Assembly (NCBI GenBank): GCA_002269645.1
Contig: NIVC01000206.1
Location: forward strand, 372,001-436,000
Origin: Macrostomum lignano
Taxonomy: Eukaryota
Length of the DNA: 64,000 nt
Reading direction: 5' to 3'
The translations under genes were made by a program, and so were the position numbers. The notes beneath the pieces are model-generated. The model did not search any database. It was not told the origin of the DNA and worked only from the letters and a program-made list of their open reading frames with translations. Below, piece by piece: positions 36,455 to 50,784 of this stretch. Numbering within the stretch: the first letter of the stretch is position 1; the number at the start of each line of letters is the position of its first letter.

Positions 36455-37070
36455 GCTACATTCCTCTCTGTCTCCCACTCTCTACCTCCCCATCTCTGTC
36501 TCCCCTCTCTTTCTCCCCCTTTTTTCCCCTCTCTATCCTCCTCTCTCTCTATCCCCTTCCATGTCTCCCCTCTCTATCTCCCCTACCTATTTCCCCTCTT
36601 TATCTCCCCATCTCTGTCTCCCCTCTCTATCTCCCTCTTTCTATCTCCCTCTCTCTATCTTCCACTCTCTTCTCCCCTCTCTATCTCTCCCTCCCTGTCT
36701 CTCCTCTCTATCTCCCCTCCCTATCTCCCCTTTCTTTCCTCGTCTCTATCTCCCCCTCTCTATCTCACCCTCTCTCTATCTCCCTCTCTCTATCTCTCCC
36801 TCCCTCTATCTCCCTCTTTCTATCTCCCTCTCTCTTTCTTCCTTTCTCTCTCTATCTCTCCCTCTTTCTCTCCCTGTGAAAACTGTAGACACATTACTGT
36901 AAGAGTGGATGAGACAGAGTGAGAGAGTGGATGAGAGAAAGAGTGAGAGAGTGGATGAGACAGAGTGAGAGAGTGGATGAGAGAAAGAGTGAGAGAGTGG
37001 ATGAGAGAGAGTGAGAGAGTGGATGAGACAGAGTGAGAGAGTGGATGAGAGAGTGAGAGAGTGGATGTAA
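36455..37070. repeat. CT-rich low-complexity tract followed by a 22-24-bp GAGTGGATGAGA(C/G)AGAGTGAGA array
   Basis: Pyrimidine tract 36455-36875; purine array 36902-37070. Confidence 0.85.
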
Positions 37071-37767
37071 AGAGTATTTTCCCTCGAATTCGGCAGCCTC
37101 AGCAGCTCTCAAGCCACTGAGAATGGCGAAGGGATGATGCAGAAGATGCAGAAGATGCAGAAGACGCAGAAGACGCAGAAGACGCAGAAGATAAAAGAAG
37201 GAAAGTAAGAAAGCAAACTGAAGCTCAATCTACTCATAGAACAGCAGAAGTAAGCTCGATACAGCTTCTCCAAGAAGTGAAATGCGGAACTGAAGCGGAA
37301 TGATGGTGCGTCTCCGCAGTGCCTGCATGTTATTAGGCACTACGGAGAACCCGAGCTGTCAAATCCTATCAAGTTTCTTTGCCTTGAATTTTTTCCCTAA
37401 AAACTGCGGCCAGAAACGCACGAGAGAGCGATGGAGCGGAATGGACAGGGAGAGAGAGAGGGAATTCGTTCGCATCTTGTTAGTAAAGTCTGCAACTGAA
37501 AGCAGAGAGCAGCCTTGATTGCTCAAGTATAAAAAGCTTTGTTCTTCAGATTTCTCTCTTATAGCTAATATAAATCTATACGAGTATACGTTACCTTGAG
37601 CCAAGCCGCAGCGCTCCTTTATGGAAATTTGATCTGTCAGTTCCATGGGTGCGAAAACTGAGCTGAATTGTTTTTTTAGCTGGCCGACTCCTCGTTTCTT
37701 TTTTTCTCTCGCTTTCAATGACGTCACATTTTAAAGGTTTGAAAATTTAAGGTTTGGACTGCCACGG

Positions 37768-39500
37768 TCTCCCTCTCTCCCTCTCTCCCTCTCTCTCTTC
37801 CTCTCTCCCTCTCTCCCTCCCCCCTCTCTCCCTCTCTCTCTCTCTCTCCCTCTCTCCCTCTCTCCCTCTCTCCCTCGCTCCCTCTCTCTCTTCCTCTCTC
37901 CCTCTCTCCCTCCCCCCTCTCTCCCTCTCTCCTCTCTCCCTCTCTCCCTCTCTCCCTCTCTCTCTTCCTCTCTCCCTCTCTCCTCCCCCTCTCCCTCTCT
38001 CTCTCCTCTCTCCCTCTCTCCTCTCTCCCTCTCTCCCTCGCTCCCTCTCTCCCTCTCTCCCTCTCCCCTCTCCACCTCTCTCCCTCTCTCCCTCTCCCCC
38101 TCTCTCCCTCTCTCCCTCTCTCCCTCTCTCCCTCTCTCCCTCCCCACTCTCTCCCTCTCTCTCTCCCCCTCTCTCCCTCTCTCTCTCCCCTCTCTTCCTC
38201 TCTCTCTTCCTCTCTCCCTCTCTCCCTCCCCCTCTCTCCCTCTCTCCCTCTCTCCCTCTCTCCCTCTCTCCTCTCTCCCTCGCTCCCTCTCTCCCTCTCT
38301 CCCTCTCCCCTCTCCACCTCTCTCCCTCTCTCCCTCTCCCCCTCTCTCCCTCTCTCCCTCTCTCCCTCTCTCCCTCTCTCCCTCCCCACTCTCTCCCTCT
38401 CCCCCTCTCTCCCTCTCTCCCTCCCCACTCTCTCCCTCTCTCTCTCCCCCTCTCTCTCTCTCTCTCTCCCCCTCTCTCCCTTTCTCCCTCCCCACTCTCT
38501 CCCTCTCTCTCCCCTCTCTTCCTATTTCCCTCCCCACTCTCTCCCTCTCTCCCTCTCTCCCTCTCTCCCTCTCTCCCTCTCTCCCTCGCTCCCTCTCTCT
38601 CTTCCTCTCTCCCTCTCTCCCTCCCCCCTCTCTCCCTCTCTCCCTCTCTCCCTCTCTCCCTCTCTCCCTCTCTCTCTCTTCCTCTCTCCCTCTCTCCCTC
38701 CCCCCTCTCTCCCTCTCTCCCTCTCTCCCTCTCTCCCTCTCTCCCTCTCTCCCTCGCTCCCTCTCTCCCTCTCTCCCTCTCCCCCTCTCCACCTCTCTCC
38801 CTCTCTCCCTCTCCCCCTCTCTCCCTCTCTCCCTCCCCACTCTCTCCCTCTCTCTCTCCCCCTCTCTCCCTCTCTCTCTCCCCTCTCTCCCTTTCTCCCT
38901 CCCACTCTCTCCCTCTCTCTCCCCTCTCTCCCTATTTCCCTCCCCACTCTCTCCCTCTCTCTCTCCCCTCTCTCCCTCTCTCACCCCCACCCTCTCTACC
39001 TCTCTCCCTCTTTACGTCCTCATATCTCCCTCTCTCCCTCTCTCCCTCTCTCCCTCTCCCCCTCTCTCCCTCTCTCCCTCTCTCCCTCTCTCCCTCTCCC
39101 CCTCTCTCCCTCTCTCTCTCGACCTTCTTTACCTCTCTCCCTCTTTACGTCCTCATATCTCCCTCTCTACCTCTCTCCCTCTCCTCCTCTCTCCCTCTCT
39201 ATCCCTCACCCTCTCTACCTCTCTCCCTCTTTACGTCCTCATATCTCCCTCTCTCCCTCTCTCCCTCTCTCCCTCTCCTCCCCTCTCCCTCGCTCTCCCT
39301 CACCCTCTCTACCTCTCTCCCTCTTTACGTCCTCATATCTCCCTCTCTACCTCTCTCCCTCTCCTCCTCTCTCCCTCTCTCTCCCTCACCCTCTCTACCT
39401 CTCTCCCTCTTTACGTCCTCATATCTCCCTCTCTACCTCTCTACCTCTCTACCTCTCTACCTCTCTACCTCTCTCCCTATATCCCTCTCTACCTCGCTCC
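37768..39500. repeat. ~1.7-kb CCCTCTCT polypyrimidine array
   Basis: Almost purely C/T on the plus strand, with internal block duplications. Confidence 0.95.
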
Positions 39501-40214
39501 CTCTCTTTTTCTTTCCTTTTCATCTCCATCCCTCCCTTGCCTCTTTCTCTCTAGTCTCTCATTTTATATTCCCTCCTCCGGCTTCATCACTAATCTCTCG
39601 TCTTTATATCCCATCCTCACAGCCTAGAGCGGCAGTCATTCTGTTCTATACTGACGCGGACATGTTTGAACTGGCACTCATGCAGTCCCTCCTCTTCCTG
39701 CCCCTCTGATCCACTCGTAGCAAAAGAATTCGGATTTATGACACAGCCAGCAAGGATAGAGCTGGGAGTAGAGAGTCGCGGCGGGTCAGAGATCAGCCGA
39801 TCTCGAATCAATAGCTGACTAGGGCAGGCCTGCATGCAATATCTTCAAGATGTCAGTCAGACCTCTTGCGGACGGGGTGCGGCACTTCTAAAGTCTCGTG
39901 AGCACACCCAGCTTGTTCTCAGTCTCACACACACACTCTCACTTAGCTATGGATTTAAGTATGATTTTTTTGCGAACTTTATTTCTCTCTATTTTCAAGA
40001 CCAATAGCTCCTGTACCCAGTGCTTGAATTCAATGCAGTCGCTATCGTATTGTGAAAGCACTTAAAAAATTCATCATAGAAGTGTCTATGGTTAAAAAAC
40101 TTCATGGCAACGGCATTCAGACTATGACCGGTCAATCTTTAAAAAAATCATCGTCGTTAGCTTTTTCTGCTGGCCCTGATATCTAAATATACTAAATTAT
40201 TTTCTATGGATCCA

Positions 40215-40430
40215 TGGTCTATGATAATAGTCTATGACTCTAAAGTCTATGGTAATAGTCTATGACTCTAAAGTCTATGGTAATAGTCTATGACTCTATA
40301 GTATATGGTAATAGTCAGCTTCAATAGTCCATGGTAATAATCTATGGTTCTATAGTCTATGGTAATAGTCTATGACTCTATAGTCTATGGTAATAGTCTA
40401 TGGTTCCATAGTCTACGGTTATCGTTTATG
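40215..40430. repeat. 28-bp minisatellite (GTCTATGACTCTAAAGTCTATGGTAATA)
   Basis: Period 28 (40230, 40258...). Confidence 0.85.
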
Positions 40431-40794
40431 GTTCCGGTAACAGTCAATGCAATTGATATTCATCTTAATGCTTGTGAGCCATAAAGAGTATTCGAGTTAA
40501 AAAGCCTCCATACAAATACATGTACTTCGGTTGTAAATAGACGCAAACTCGCTTTATTTGAAATAGAGATACTTATGTGTCTACAGAACGGTCCACGTGA
40601 CTCCGGCTTTCTATTTCCACTAGCGTCTATCGATCCCAAAAACCAGTAGCTTACAACAAAAACCATTAGAAGAGAGTTTTGGGAGTAGGGTACCTCGAAC
40701 TTAGTGTGCTTGTGCGCTCAAGTAGGGAGGAAGCGAAACGCTAGGAAATTGTCTAGGAAAGTCACGCTTGACTATAATCGGATTTTTTCTTCCA

Positions 40795-41880
40795 TCTGCC
40801 CTCCCTGATCCCATTGGGGTTTCCTGTCCCATCTCTGATCCCATTGGGATTCCCTCTCCCCTCACTAATCCCTTAGGGATTCCCTCTCCTCTCCCATCAT
40901 TCATCCCATAGGGATTCCCTCTCCCCTCACTAATCCCTTAGGGATTTCCTCTCCCCTCACTAATCCCTTAGGGATTCCCTCTCCTCTCCCATCATTCATC
41001 CCATAGGGATTCCCTCTCCTCTCCCATCATTCATCCCATAGGGATTCCCTCTCCCCTCACTAATCCCTTAGGGATTTCCTCTCCCCTTACTCATCCCATA
41101 GGGATTCCCTCTCCCCTCACTCATCCCATAGGAATTCCCTCTCCCCTCACTCATGCCATAGGGATTCCCTCTCCCCTCTCTGATCCCATAGGATTCCCTC
41201 TCCCCTCTCTGATCCCATAGGGATTCTCTCTCCTCTCACCCATCCCATAGGGATTCCCTCTCCTCTCCCATCATTCATCCCATAGGGATTCCCTCTCCCC
41301 TCACTAATCCCTTAGGGATTTCCTCTCCCCTCACTAATCCCTTAGGGATTCCCTCTCCTCTCCTCTCACCCATCCCATAGGGATTCCCTCTCCTCTCACC
41401 CATCCCATAGGGATTCTCTCTCCTCTCACCCATCCCATAGGGATTCTCTCTCCTCTCACCCATCCCATAGGGATTCCCTCTCCTCTCACCCATCCCATAG
41501 GGATTCTCTCTCCTCTCACCCATCCCATAGGGATTCCCTCTCCTCTCACCCATCCCATAGGGATTCTCTCTCCCCTCTCTGATCGCATAGGGATTCCCTT
41601 TCCCCTCACTAATCCCATTGGGATTCCCTCTACCCTCACTAATCCCATTTGGATTTCCTCTCCCCTCACTCATCCCATAGGGATTCACTCTCCCCTCACT
41701 AATCCCATAAGGATTCCCTCTCCCCTCACTAATCCCATTGGGATTCTTTCTCCCCTCACTAATCCTATTAGGATTTCCTCTCCCCTCACTAATCCCATTG
41801 GGATTCCCTTTCCCCTCACTAATCCCATTGGGATTTCCTCTCCCCTCACTAATCCCATTAGGATTTTCTCTTCCCTTTCG
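40795..41880. repeat. ~30-bp minisatellite (CCCTCTCCCCTCACTAATCCC(T/A)TAGGGATT)
   Basis: About 35 units, each with an ATCCC-NTA-GGGAT dyad. Confidence 0.92.
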
Positions 41881-42521
41881 TCTCCCACCTCTGATTCTCT
41901 CACAAAGAGTTAACTTCATTTAGTTTTCTTCAACTTAGATTTTCAATAATTTTTGTGACACTGATACTTAGTCAACAAATTTTTGTATAACCGATATTAG
42001 TAGTCCGTTGAGAATATATGCGTAAGAAATCGATGCGTAACACAAAAAAGATTCAAGCTTATAATTCACCTTTCAGTATCAATAAAAACATTTTTCCAGT
42101 AACATTCGAGCTTATCGCAACTTTTCATCGATTAGGAAGCTGCAGTCGAATGCACAATAAATCTAATTGGTCAAGCTTCGTTCGCTAAGATCGAGGCAGC
42201 CGCCCCGAATTCGGGCACAGTTGTACTTTTAGGCTGTGGGGTTTGCAAAATATTAAGAATGGCTAACAAGAACAACTGACCGCTTTGTCGGCGGCCAGCG
42301 CGGCCCGTGCAGCTCCGCAGCGATACTGCAGCCATCCCAGGGCACGGGCAGAGATTGCAGCGGATTCGGGCCCGAGCAACGCGTGTTGCTTGGCCATTTC
42401 TTTGCGGAAAACTGGAAGAAAGAGAAATGGGAATGAATAACCTGACTAATTAGGTAGAAAGCCAGCTTCTGGAATTGCGGAGCTTTCTCTGCTGCAGATT
42501 TTGCAATGCCAACTGACATCC

Positions 42522-42922
<401 letters not shown>

Positions 42923-43589
42923 GATACACAACAGCGAACAGGCACAGTTTATAAAAAATTTACAAGCTCTCACCTCACGCCAAATCTGTCACAGACAAAA
43001 TTAATAAAACACATCAGCACCTATGCATCCGCCAAGTCCCTGATTAGCCCCGCAAATCCCCTCTGGGAAGCATTATTAATCAGCGCTTCAATTCGTTTTG
43101 CTCCGCTAGACACGGCTGGCTTGCGGGGCACCCCGCGCAGCATTTTCGGCTCGCAATTTGTGTGCGTTTTTTTAATCCCAGATCCCTGATGATGACTTCC
43201 ACGCCCACCCCGCCTCCCTGCTGGCCGCCGGGCCGATGCGCCAGTCTGCAAGGGGGCCAATCTGGCCCACGCCCTGGGGAACGGCTCGTCATCGCCGCCT
43301 TCGTTTTACTGCTTAACAGAAACCTGCGCGCTTTGAGTCGGACAGCCCGTCCGGTTTAAACAAAGTCCGGACAAAACGAGAAACGAGAGGACAGAACCTA
43401 AGGAAGTTGACAGGGCTGCTTAGTTTAAAACAAAAGAAGAAATTAACATCACCAGAAATTGTTTGTGCGTGTAAGAAAACGGAAACCGTTTGACAGTGAA
43501 ACCCTGAGGAGATGGGATTGGAGACGTTCAGCAAAGCTGCGTTATTTAGAGATGGAAGTGACCAGGAAACTGCTGCTGGCAGATGAAAA

Positions 43590-44170
43590 GACACTGAGGC
43601 ACATAGACATCCAGACAAATAGACACTGAGATACATAGACATCCAGACAAATAGACACTGAGACACTTAGACATCCAGACAAATAGACACTGAGACACTT
43701 AGACATCCAGACAAACAGACTCTGAGACATAGACATCCAGACAAACAGACTCTGAGACATAGACATCCAGACAAATAGACACTGAGACACTTAGACATCC
43801 AGACAAACAGACACTGAGACACCTAGACATCCAGACAAATAGACACTAAGACACCTAGACATCCAGACAAACAGACACTGAGACACATAGACATCCAGAC
43901 AAATAGACACTAAGACACCTAGACATCCAGACAAACAGACACTGAGACACAGACATCCAGACAAATAGACACTGAGGCACATAGACATCCAGACAAACAG
44001 ACACTGAGACACATAGACATCCAGACAAATCGACACTAAGACACCTAGACATCCAGACAAACAGACACTGAGACACAGACATCCAGACAAACAGACACTG
44101 AGACATAGACATCCAGACAAATAGACACTGAGACACAGACATCCACTCAAATGCGCTCGTAGACACTGAG
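43590..44170. repeat. 30-32-bp minisatellite (GACACTGAGACA(CT)TAGACATCCAGACAAA(T/C)A)
   Basis: About 18 tandem units. Confidence 0.92.
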
Positions 44171-44533
44171 ACAGACCAGCATTGCTACAACCAGCCCAGT
44201 TTTCAATTCCACATTCTATTTTTAGCAGTCCTCTGGCTAGCGCAGCAAAACTTCAAAATGCATGAAATTTCGGAAAAACTAAAAGGAAGAAGTTGCGCAG
44301 CAGGGCCTGACAGTCATTCCCAGTGGTGCATCGAAGGTCAAAGTCCCGGAAAAAAATAAAAAAACAACTTTCTCTTCTTTTTTACTTTTGCGTTTTGCTT
44401 ACCGAATTTAACACTGCTGCGGCGGTGAAGCTTTCCTTCAGTTGAAACTGTCAATCAGAATTTTAGTTAGCATACTGATATATCTATACAGACCATAAAA
44501 ATGTCTTGAAAGTCACACATTGGAACAAAAGCG

Positions 44534-44985
44534 GTGTCCATTTGGCGCCCTCATTAGTGTCCATTCGGCGCCCTCATTAGTGTCCATTTGGCGCCCTCAT
44601 TAGTGTCCATTCAGTGCCCTCATTAGGATCCATTCGGCGCCCTCATTAGTGTCCATTTAGCGCCCTCATTAGGATCCATTCGGCGCCCTCATTAGTGTCC
44701 ATTCCGCGCCCTTATTAGTGTTTTTTGCCGCCCTCATAGTGTCGATTTGGCGCCCTCATTAGTGTCCATTTGGCGCCCTCATTAGTGTCCATTCGGCGCC
44801 CTCATTAGTGTCCATTTGGCGCCCTCATTAGTGTCCATTCAGTGCTCTCATTAGTGTCCATTCAGTGCCCTCATTAGTGTCCATTTAGCGCCCTCATTAG
44901 TATCTATTTGGCGCCCTCATTAGTGTCCATTCGGCGCCCTCATTAGTGTCCATTCGGCGCCCTCATTAGTGTCCAATCCGCGCCT
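44534..44985. repeat. 23-bp minisatellite (GTGTCCATT(T/C)GGCGCCCTCATTA), ~19 copies
   Basis: Period 23. Confidence 0.93.
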
Positions 44986-45753
44986 TCGCGAAGCTGTAAT
45001 TCTTTTCTCCCAACACTATCGAAGCCAACATAGCACACCGCAAATTCGAAACGGAAAAACCCAGACCCAGATGGATTAAGCCGGAGCGAACAAAAAATCA
45101 AATATTTAGTTTAGAATAACACTGGACACGCGCGTTCATAAGTTTCATGCGCAGAAATATAAAGTCTTTTTTTTGCTCAGACCCTTTGGTGGCCGCAAGT
45201 ATGCGAACCCTGTTAACCATGTTGTTTGCTACACGATAAACCTTGTAGAGACTATCATGCATAGGGGTGCTTTGTAAGTGTTTTGGTACCAGTGAGATTG
45301 TATAAATTCTGCCAGAGCAACTCTACGCTGTTTGACTGACACTTTACCTGTGTGCTTAGCCATGTCTCTCCTTAAGTCTCTGTCACTGCGAAGAGTCAAC
45401 ACGCTCGCTACCCATGTATAAAACATGTGCGGCACTGCTCAGATGGGGATGACCACTATCTGTGTACTGCAGACTTGAATTCTCAGTAAATTTGAACAAT
45501 TTTTTTACAAGTTATAAAGCTTTGAAGTTAATAGCCTCATACAAGCCTGTCTGTGACCCTTCGGGAAGACTCAGGGCAACTGGGTTCTGCTTTTTCTAAT
45601 TCAAAGGCAAGTACAGTTATTATTTTAAATCTTCTAATTTTATCATTCATTATATTTCTGTGGGAGAGAATTTTGTTAAACAAATGACACTGAAGGATAA
45701 TATTTGGGAAACACGGAAGTAAAGCGGAGAAATTTAATAAGATACTAAAGACA

Positions 45754-45978
<225 letters not shown>

Positions 45979-46789
45979 TCGAGCTAGATCGTCAATCGAG
46001 CTAGCAGACCTTTCGAGTTTCAAGCATCGCCTTCCCGATAATAAATTTTTTGCAAATCGCCAAAAAATCCCAACCCTGCATCCTGCGCTGAGGGACTGCG
46101 CGGACGCCTAATTCTGGCAAAGCTCTGTTAGAGAAGCCCCTGGCCTCAGAATAACAAACAGCCCCAGAGCTCTGCCGCTCCTATAATGCGGACAGAGCCT
46201 GTCTCTGTTGAGACGCATCGCCCCGGGGCTCGTCCTGCTCGGAGGGTGTCTCTGAGCACATCCGATGCGGGACAAAGATGCTCTCGAATAGCTCAAACAA
46301 GAACAGAAGATAATTAAGAGTGAGTAGTCCTCTACTTCAATATCCGTCTTCTTGTCGAGCTTCTGTTGCAAATTTCCCCTGCAGTTGATGAGAACGTTTG
46401 ACGCCATCCCTGGCATCCCTGCTCTGTCGTTTCTTCTCTTCACTATATGTACGGTGTCTTTGCACCGTTTGAAGTATCGAAAAGTTTTGAAAACATTTCT
46501 GGGAAATATATTTTATTATCGATCAAAATCCTCTCTGCAACACATGATGCTGAGCCTCTGCATCCGTTGACAACCAATAGGAGTTTAACAAAAAATAGGG
46601 GTGGCTAACATATAGGCAAGGAAACTGAAGTCAGACTTTACCCCTAGCAAAAGTTGACCTGAATTCCTCAAATCTTCGCTGCGAATTTCTACAAGATTTT
46701 AACGATAGTCTTGTTAAAGTAAGTCAATTCTGCAATAATGTACAGAGTATTATTGTACTTTTTTAGATTCTATTTGTGCTCACGTGACC

Positions 46790-47510
46790 ATAACAATGGT
46801 AGATGGTAGATATAGTCATTGTCTCAACATAGTGGCCATTATTTCAGCGTGCCAGAAGCGGTCATTATTCCACACTTTTTTATCACGCTTCAATTGGCTG
46901 TTTTGAGAGTTATTTTACCCATAGTTTGACCATAGACAACACTGTGATAAGTGCTGATTTCGTTTGCATCTTGTCTAAAATGTCTTTAGTATCTTTTTTG
47001 AATGTATTTCAGAATGCCATGTAGACTGTTTGCGAACATTATTCCCTTATGTCAGTTAATAAATGCATAGTTAACTAATTGTCTATGGTTCAAACGCCTG
47101 CTAAAGCTGAAATAATGGGCAGTTGAGTTTATCATTGTCCAGAAGACACAGCCTGGTGTAATGACAAACTCAACTGGCCATTAGTTCAGCTTTAACAGAC
47201 GTCTGAACCATAGACGATTAGTTAAAGTATTCATATATTAACTTATATCAGCTTATTCATTTATAGTCTATGGCCCAACAGCTTTTTTATTTATAGTCTA
47301 TGGCCCAACCACCGCCCTCTTTACGCAGTCGCACGCACGCAGACTCTTACCCTGAAATAATGACCGCTTCCGGCACGCTGAAATAATGGCCAGGCTGTGT
47401 CTTATAGACAATGACGTTGCGTGCGCACTCGTGTTTGGCCATTATTTCAGCCCCTTACCTACTACGCAATCTACCATTGCGCCAGGCTGTGTCTTATGGA
47501 CAATAAATAG
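46790..47510. mobile_element. Palindromic (foldback) MITE-like element with nested inverted repeats
   Basis: Outer IR: GTCATTGTC...TGGCCATTATTTCAGCGTGCCAGAAGCGGTCATTATT (~46815-46869) versus its inverse (~47357-47416). Inner hairpin: 66-bp arms at 47071-47136 and 47160-47225. Confidence 0.65.
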
Positions 47511-48329
47511 TAGAACTATCTCTATATTCTACAGAAATGATCTCAGTTGGAGCTGAAAATCTCATATTACCCAGGACAGGCTTGTAAAAGGCTTCAAGAA
47601 TGATTTTGATTTTACTGCCTATACGCTGTTTGAAATCTCATTTCCTGCCGGGGGGTCAGGAGACAGCGATATTAGCTAGTATAAGCTGCTGGCATTTTCA
47701 CAAGGCAAAGAAATTTCAATGGGTCTCAATTTCCGCACAGCCGCGCATTCAACTGTCGAGGTTGGCGAGAGATTATAAAAAGTAGGGCAAAGACGGGACC
47801 TAGGCTATGCTTTTCAGCATCTGACGAGGAGATGAGAAGGGAGGCGAGTTAGGTAGGAGTAGGATAAGGGAGATTTGAGACTCAAGTCTCTCAAGATTGC
47901 GATTTAATCCGCATAATTTTCGTGTTAATTCGAAACCAAACCGAATCTCGTTGCAATTTTAGACTTGCTTCAATTTTATAACGAATTTCAGCGCATTAAT
48001 AAATATCAGATTTCCAAGATTTTATCAGAAATTGCAACAATGCCATCCTAATCACTGATCATTCATTTAATTTGAAACCATCGTGAGGATGGATGCTGTT
48101 ATGAAATTTCAAATACTGACCCGCATTTGTTTAAATTGTATTGAATTATTCTCATTGGGAGATTGTTTCGCGATGTTTTAGTTTGACGAGCTAAATCGCA
48201 AAAGTACGCTGCTGGTCTGTGTAAAAAGCTGAGTCGCTTTTTGAGGAGATTTTCTAATCAGTTTTATCTCCACTGGCTGATGCTCTCGAAATACAAGCGT
48301 AGTAATTTTAAGATTCATAGAAAACCGTT

Positions 48330-49340
48330 CGAGCTTATTCCACGATTCCTAGAAAAAACTGTTCACGGTTATTTCACGATTCTTAGAAAGCTGTCTAGCG
48401 CTTATTCCACGATTCTTAGAAAACTGTTCACGATTATTTCACGATTCTTAGAAAGCTGTCTAGCGCTTATTCCACGATTCTTAGAAAACTGTTCGCACTT
48501 ATTCCACGATTCTTAGAAAACTGTTCACGGTTATTTCACGATTCTTAGAAAGATGTCTAACGCTTATTCCACGATTCTTATAAAGCTTTCTTGCGCTTAT
48601 TCCACGATTCTTAGAAAACTGTTCGCACTTATTCCACGATTCTTAGAAAACTGTTCGCACTTATTCCACGATTCTTAGAAAACTGTTCACGGTTATTTCA
48701 CGATTCTTAGAAAGCTGTCTAACGCTTATTCCACGATTCTTATAAAGCTTTCTTGCGCTTATTCCACGATTCTTAGAAAACTGTTCGCACTTATTCCACG
48801 ATTCTTAGAAAACTGTTCGCACTTATTCCACGATTCTTAGAAAACTGTTCGCACTTATTCCACGATTCTTAGAAAACTGTTCACGGTTATTTCACGATTC
48901 TTAGAAAACTGTTCGCACTTATTCCACGATTCTTAGAAAACTGTTCACGGTTATTTCACGATTCTTAGAAAGCTGTCTAGCGCTTATTCCACGATTCTTA
49001 GAAAACTGTTCACGGTTATTTCACGATTCTTAGAAAGCTGTCTAACGCTTATTCCACGATTCTTAGAAAAGTGTTCATGCTTATTCCATGATTCTTAGAA
49101 AAACTGTTCGCGCTTATTCCACGATTCTTAGAAAACTGTTCATGCTTATTTCACGATTCTTAGAAAAATATTCGCGCTTATTTCACGATTCTTAGAAAAC
49201 TGTTCATGCTTATTTCACGATTCTTAGAAAACTGTTCATGCTTATTCCACGGTTCTTAGAAAACTGTCCACGGTTATTCTAAAATTCTTAGAAAGCTGTC
49301 TAGCGCTTATTCCATGTTTCTTAGAAAAATGTTCGCGCTC
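48330..49340. repeat. 32/33-bp minisatellite (CTTATTCCACGATTCTTAGAAAACTGTTCGCA and variants), ~30 copies
   Basis: Constant CACGATTCTTAGAAA core with alternating variants. Confidence 0.93.
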
Positions 49341-50784
49341 AATGGTTGATTCTTAGAAAACTATTCGCGTGCTGTTTAACGATAACTGGTTGGTTCATCA
49401 CGCGCTTAGTGAGCTTTTCTAACATTATATTTTTAGTGGTATTTTCATCATTCTGAGCTGGACACGACTCACCTTTCTCTTCCCGTAATCGTCCCTTAAT
49501 AGAGCTTGGCAATATATTATGACTCAGCATTTCCTATTGGCTATGAAAGATGAGAACTATGAAGAAAGATGGCAAATATCCTTAACTATAAATTCATTTT
49601 TATGCATTTTTAAAGATATTCTAAGAAATAGGCCTCTTAAAGTCTTCTGAAGTCACGCTTTGTTATAACAAAAATATTTGGCGGGAAGTTGACTATCAAA
49701 TAAGCTTAACATACTGAAAGAAATTCGAGTTAGCACGCAATTTTCTCATTGAAGATTATCGGCTTAGTATTAATACTTTAATGCTTTGAGCACAGTCGTT
49801 TTCTTTGGCCTCAGAACTTTTTCTTTTCCTTATCGTTTTGTCTCTGCATCTCTCGTCCATCGTGTTTCTGGACCAAAGTTGATTATAATCTCTCTGCCTT
49901 TCCACTCGCGGCTTAGATAAATCTGTTCCTTTTAGCTTCTTAAAAGATGGCCTGCTTGTCTGTCGATTCTTGGAATAGTGGGATTTAGGAGCGGAGAGTG
50001 TACATGTGTGAGCGTGGTTGAGAGAGGTTGCTGCTTGCATCCCTTTTTGTGCTGATGTCTATGGCCCAATTTTCCACTTGCTTGCCTTTTTCCCGTCCAT
50101 ATCTATGTCTATGGGCAAGACCAAATCTACTGCTGCCACATTGGATTTCCCAACTTGGTTGGCTAAGGTCGCTACGAGCTAAGCCATTTCGAAGACACCT
50201 GTCCATCTTTGCCGCACAGTATGCAACAGAAAAAAAGATGTTTTTCTTTTTGCAAGATTTTTTTTGTGTTTTCGTTTCATACCCCCATCCTTGCCTCGCC
50301 TTCCCCCGGCTCTGATCCCGGATCCCATGTAGATGTTTTTGCTTGACCAGTCTAAGCTAAGCGTCTGCCAATAAACAGAACAGATTCTACTGGACCAAAT
50401 AGATCTATCTAATAACGTGTGTTAGCTTAACATTCACGCTGGGTTGAAATGGAGTGCGCGCGCCTTTGAGACATCTTAACACCTTGCTGGGCTTTCATCA
50501 TCAAAAGAAGAAAAGCTTTGTTATAATAATGAGCTTGTCCGCTTGCACACTCTCAGGTTGGGATGACGCGAACATGCGCATGGCTGAGCAGAGGATGAGC
50601 AGAAAATAGATATAATAAGAAATACGCCTGATTTGCTACAAGGTGCATCCGATTGCTGTTTGTGTGCGAGCTGGCACAGTGCTGAAACATGTCACCCTTT
50701 GTATTGCTACAGCAGCTATACCCTATCACAGGGAGCCAATTTAGCTGTGTACTAACCACTTCCAACTCAGCTTAACTTGCAGAC

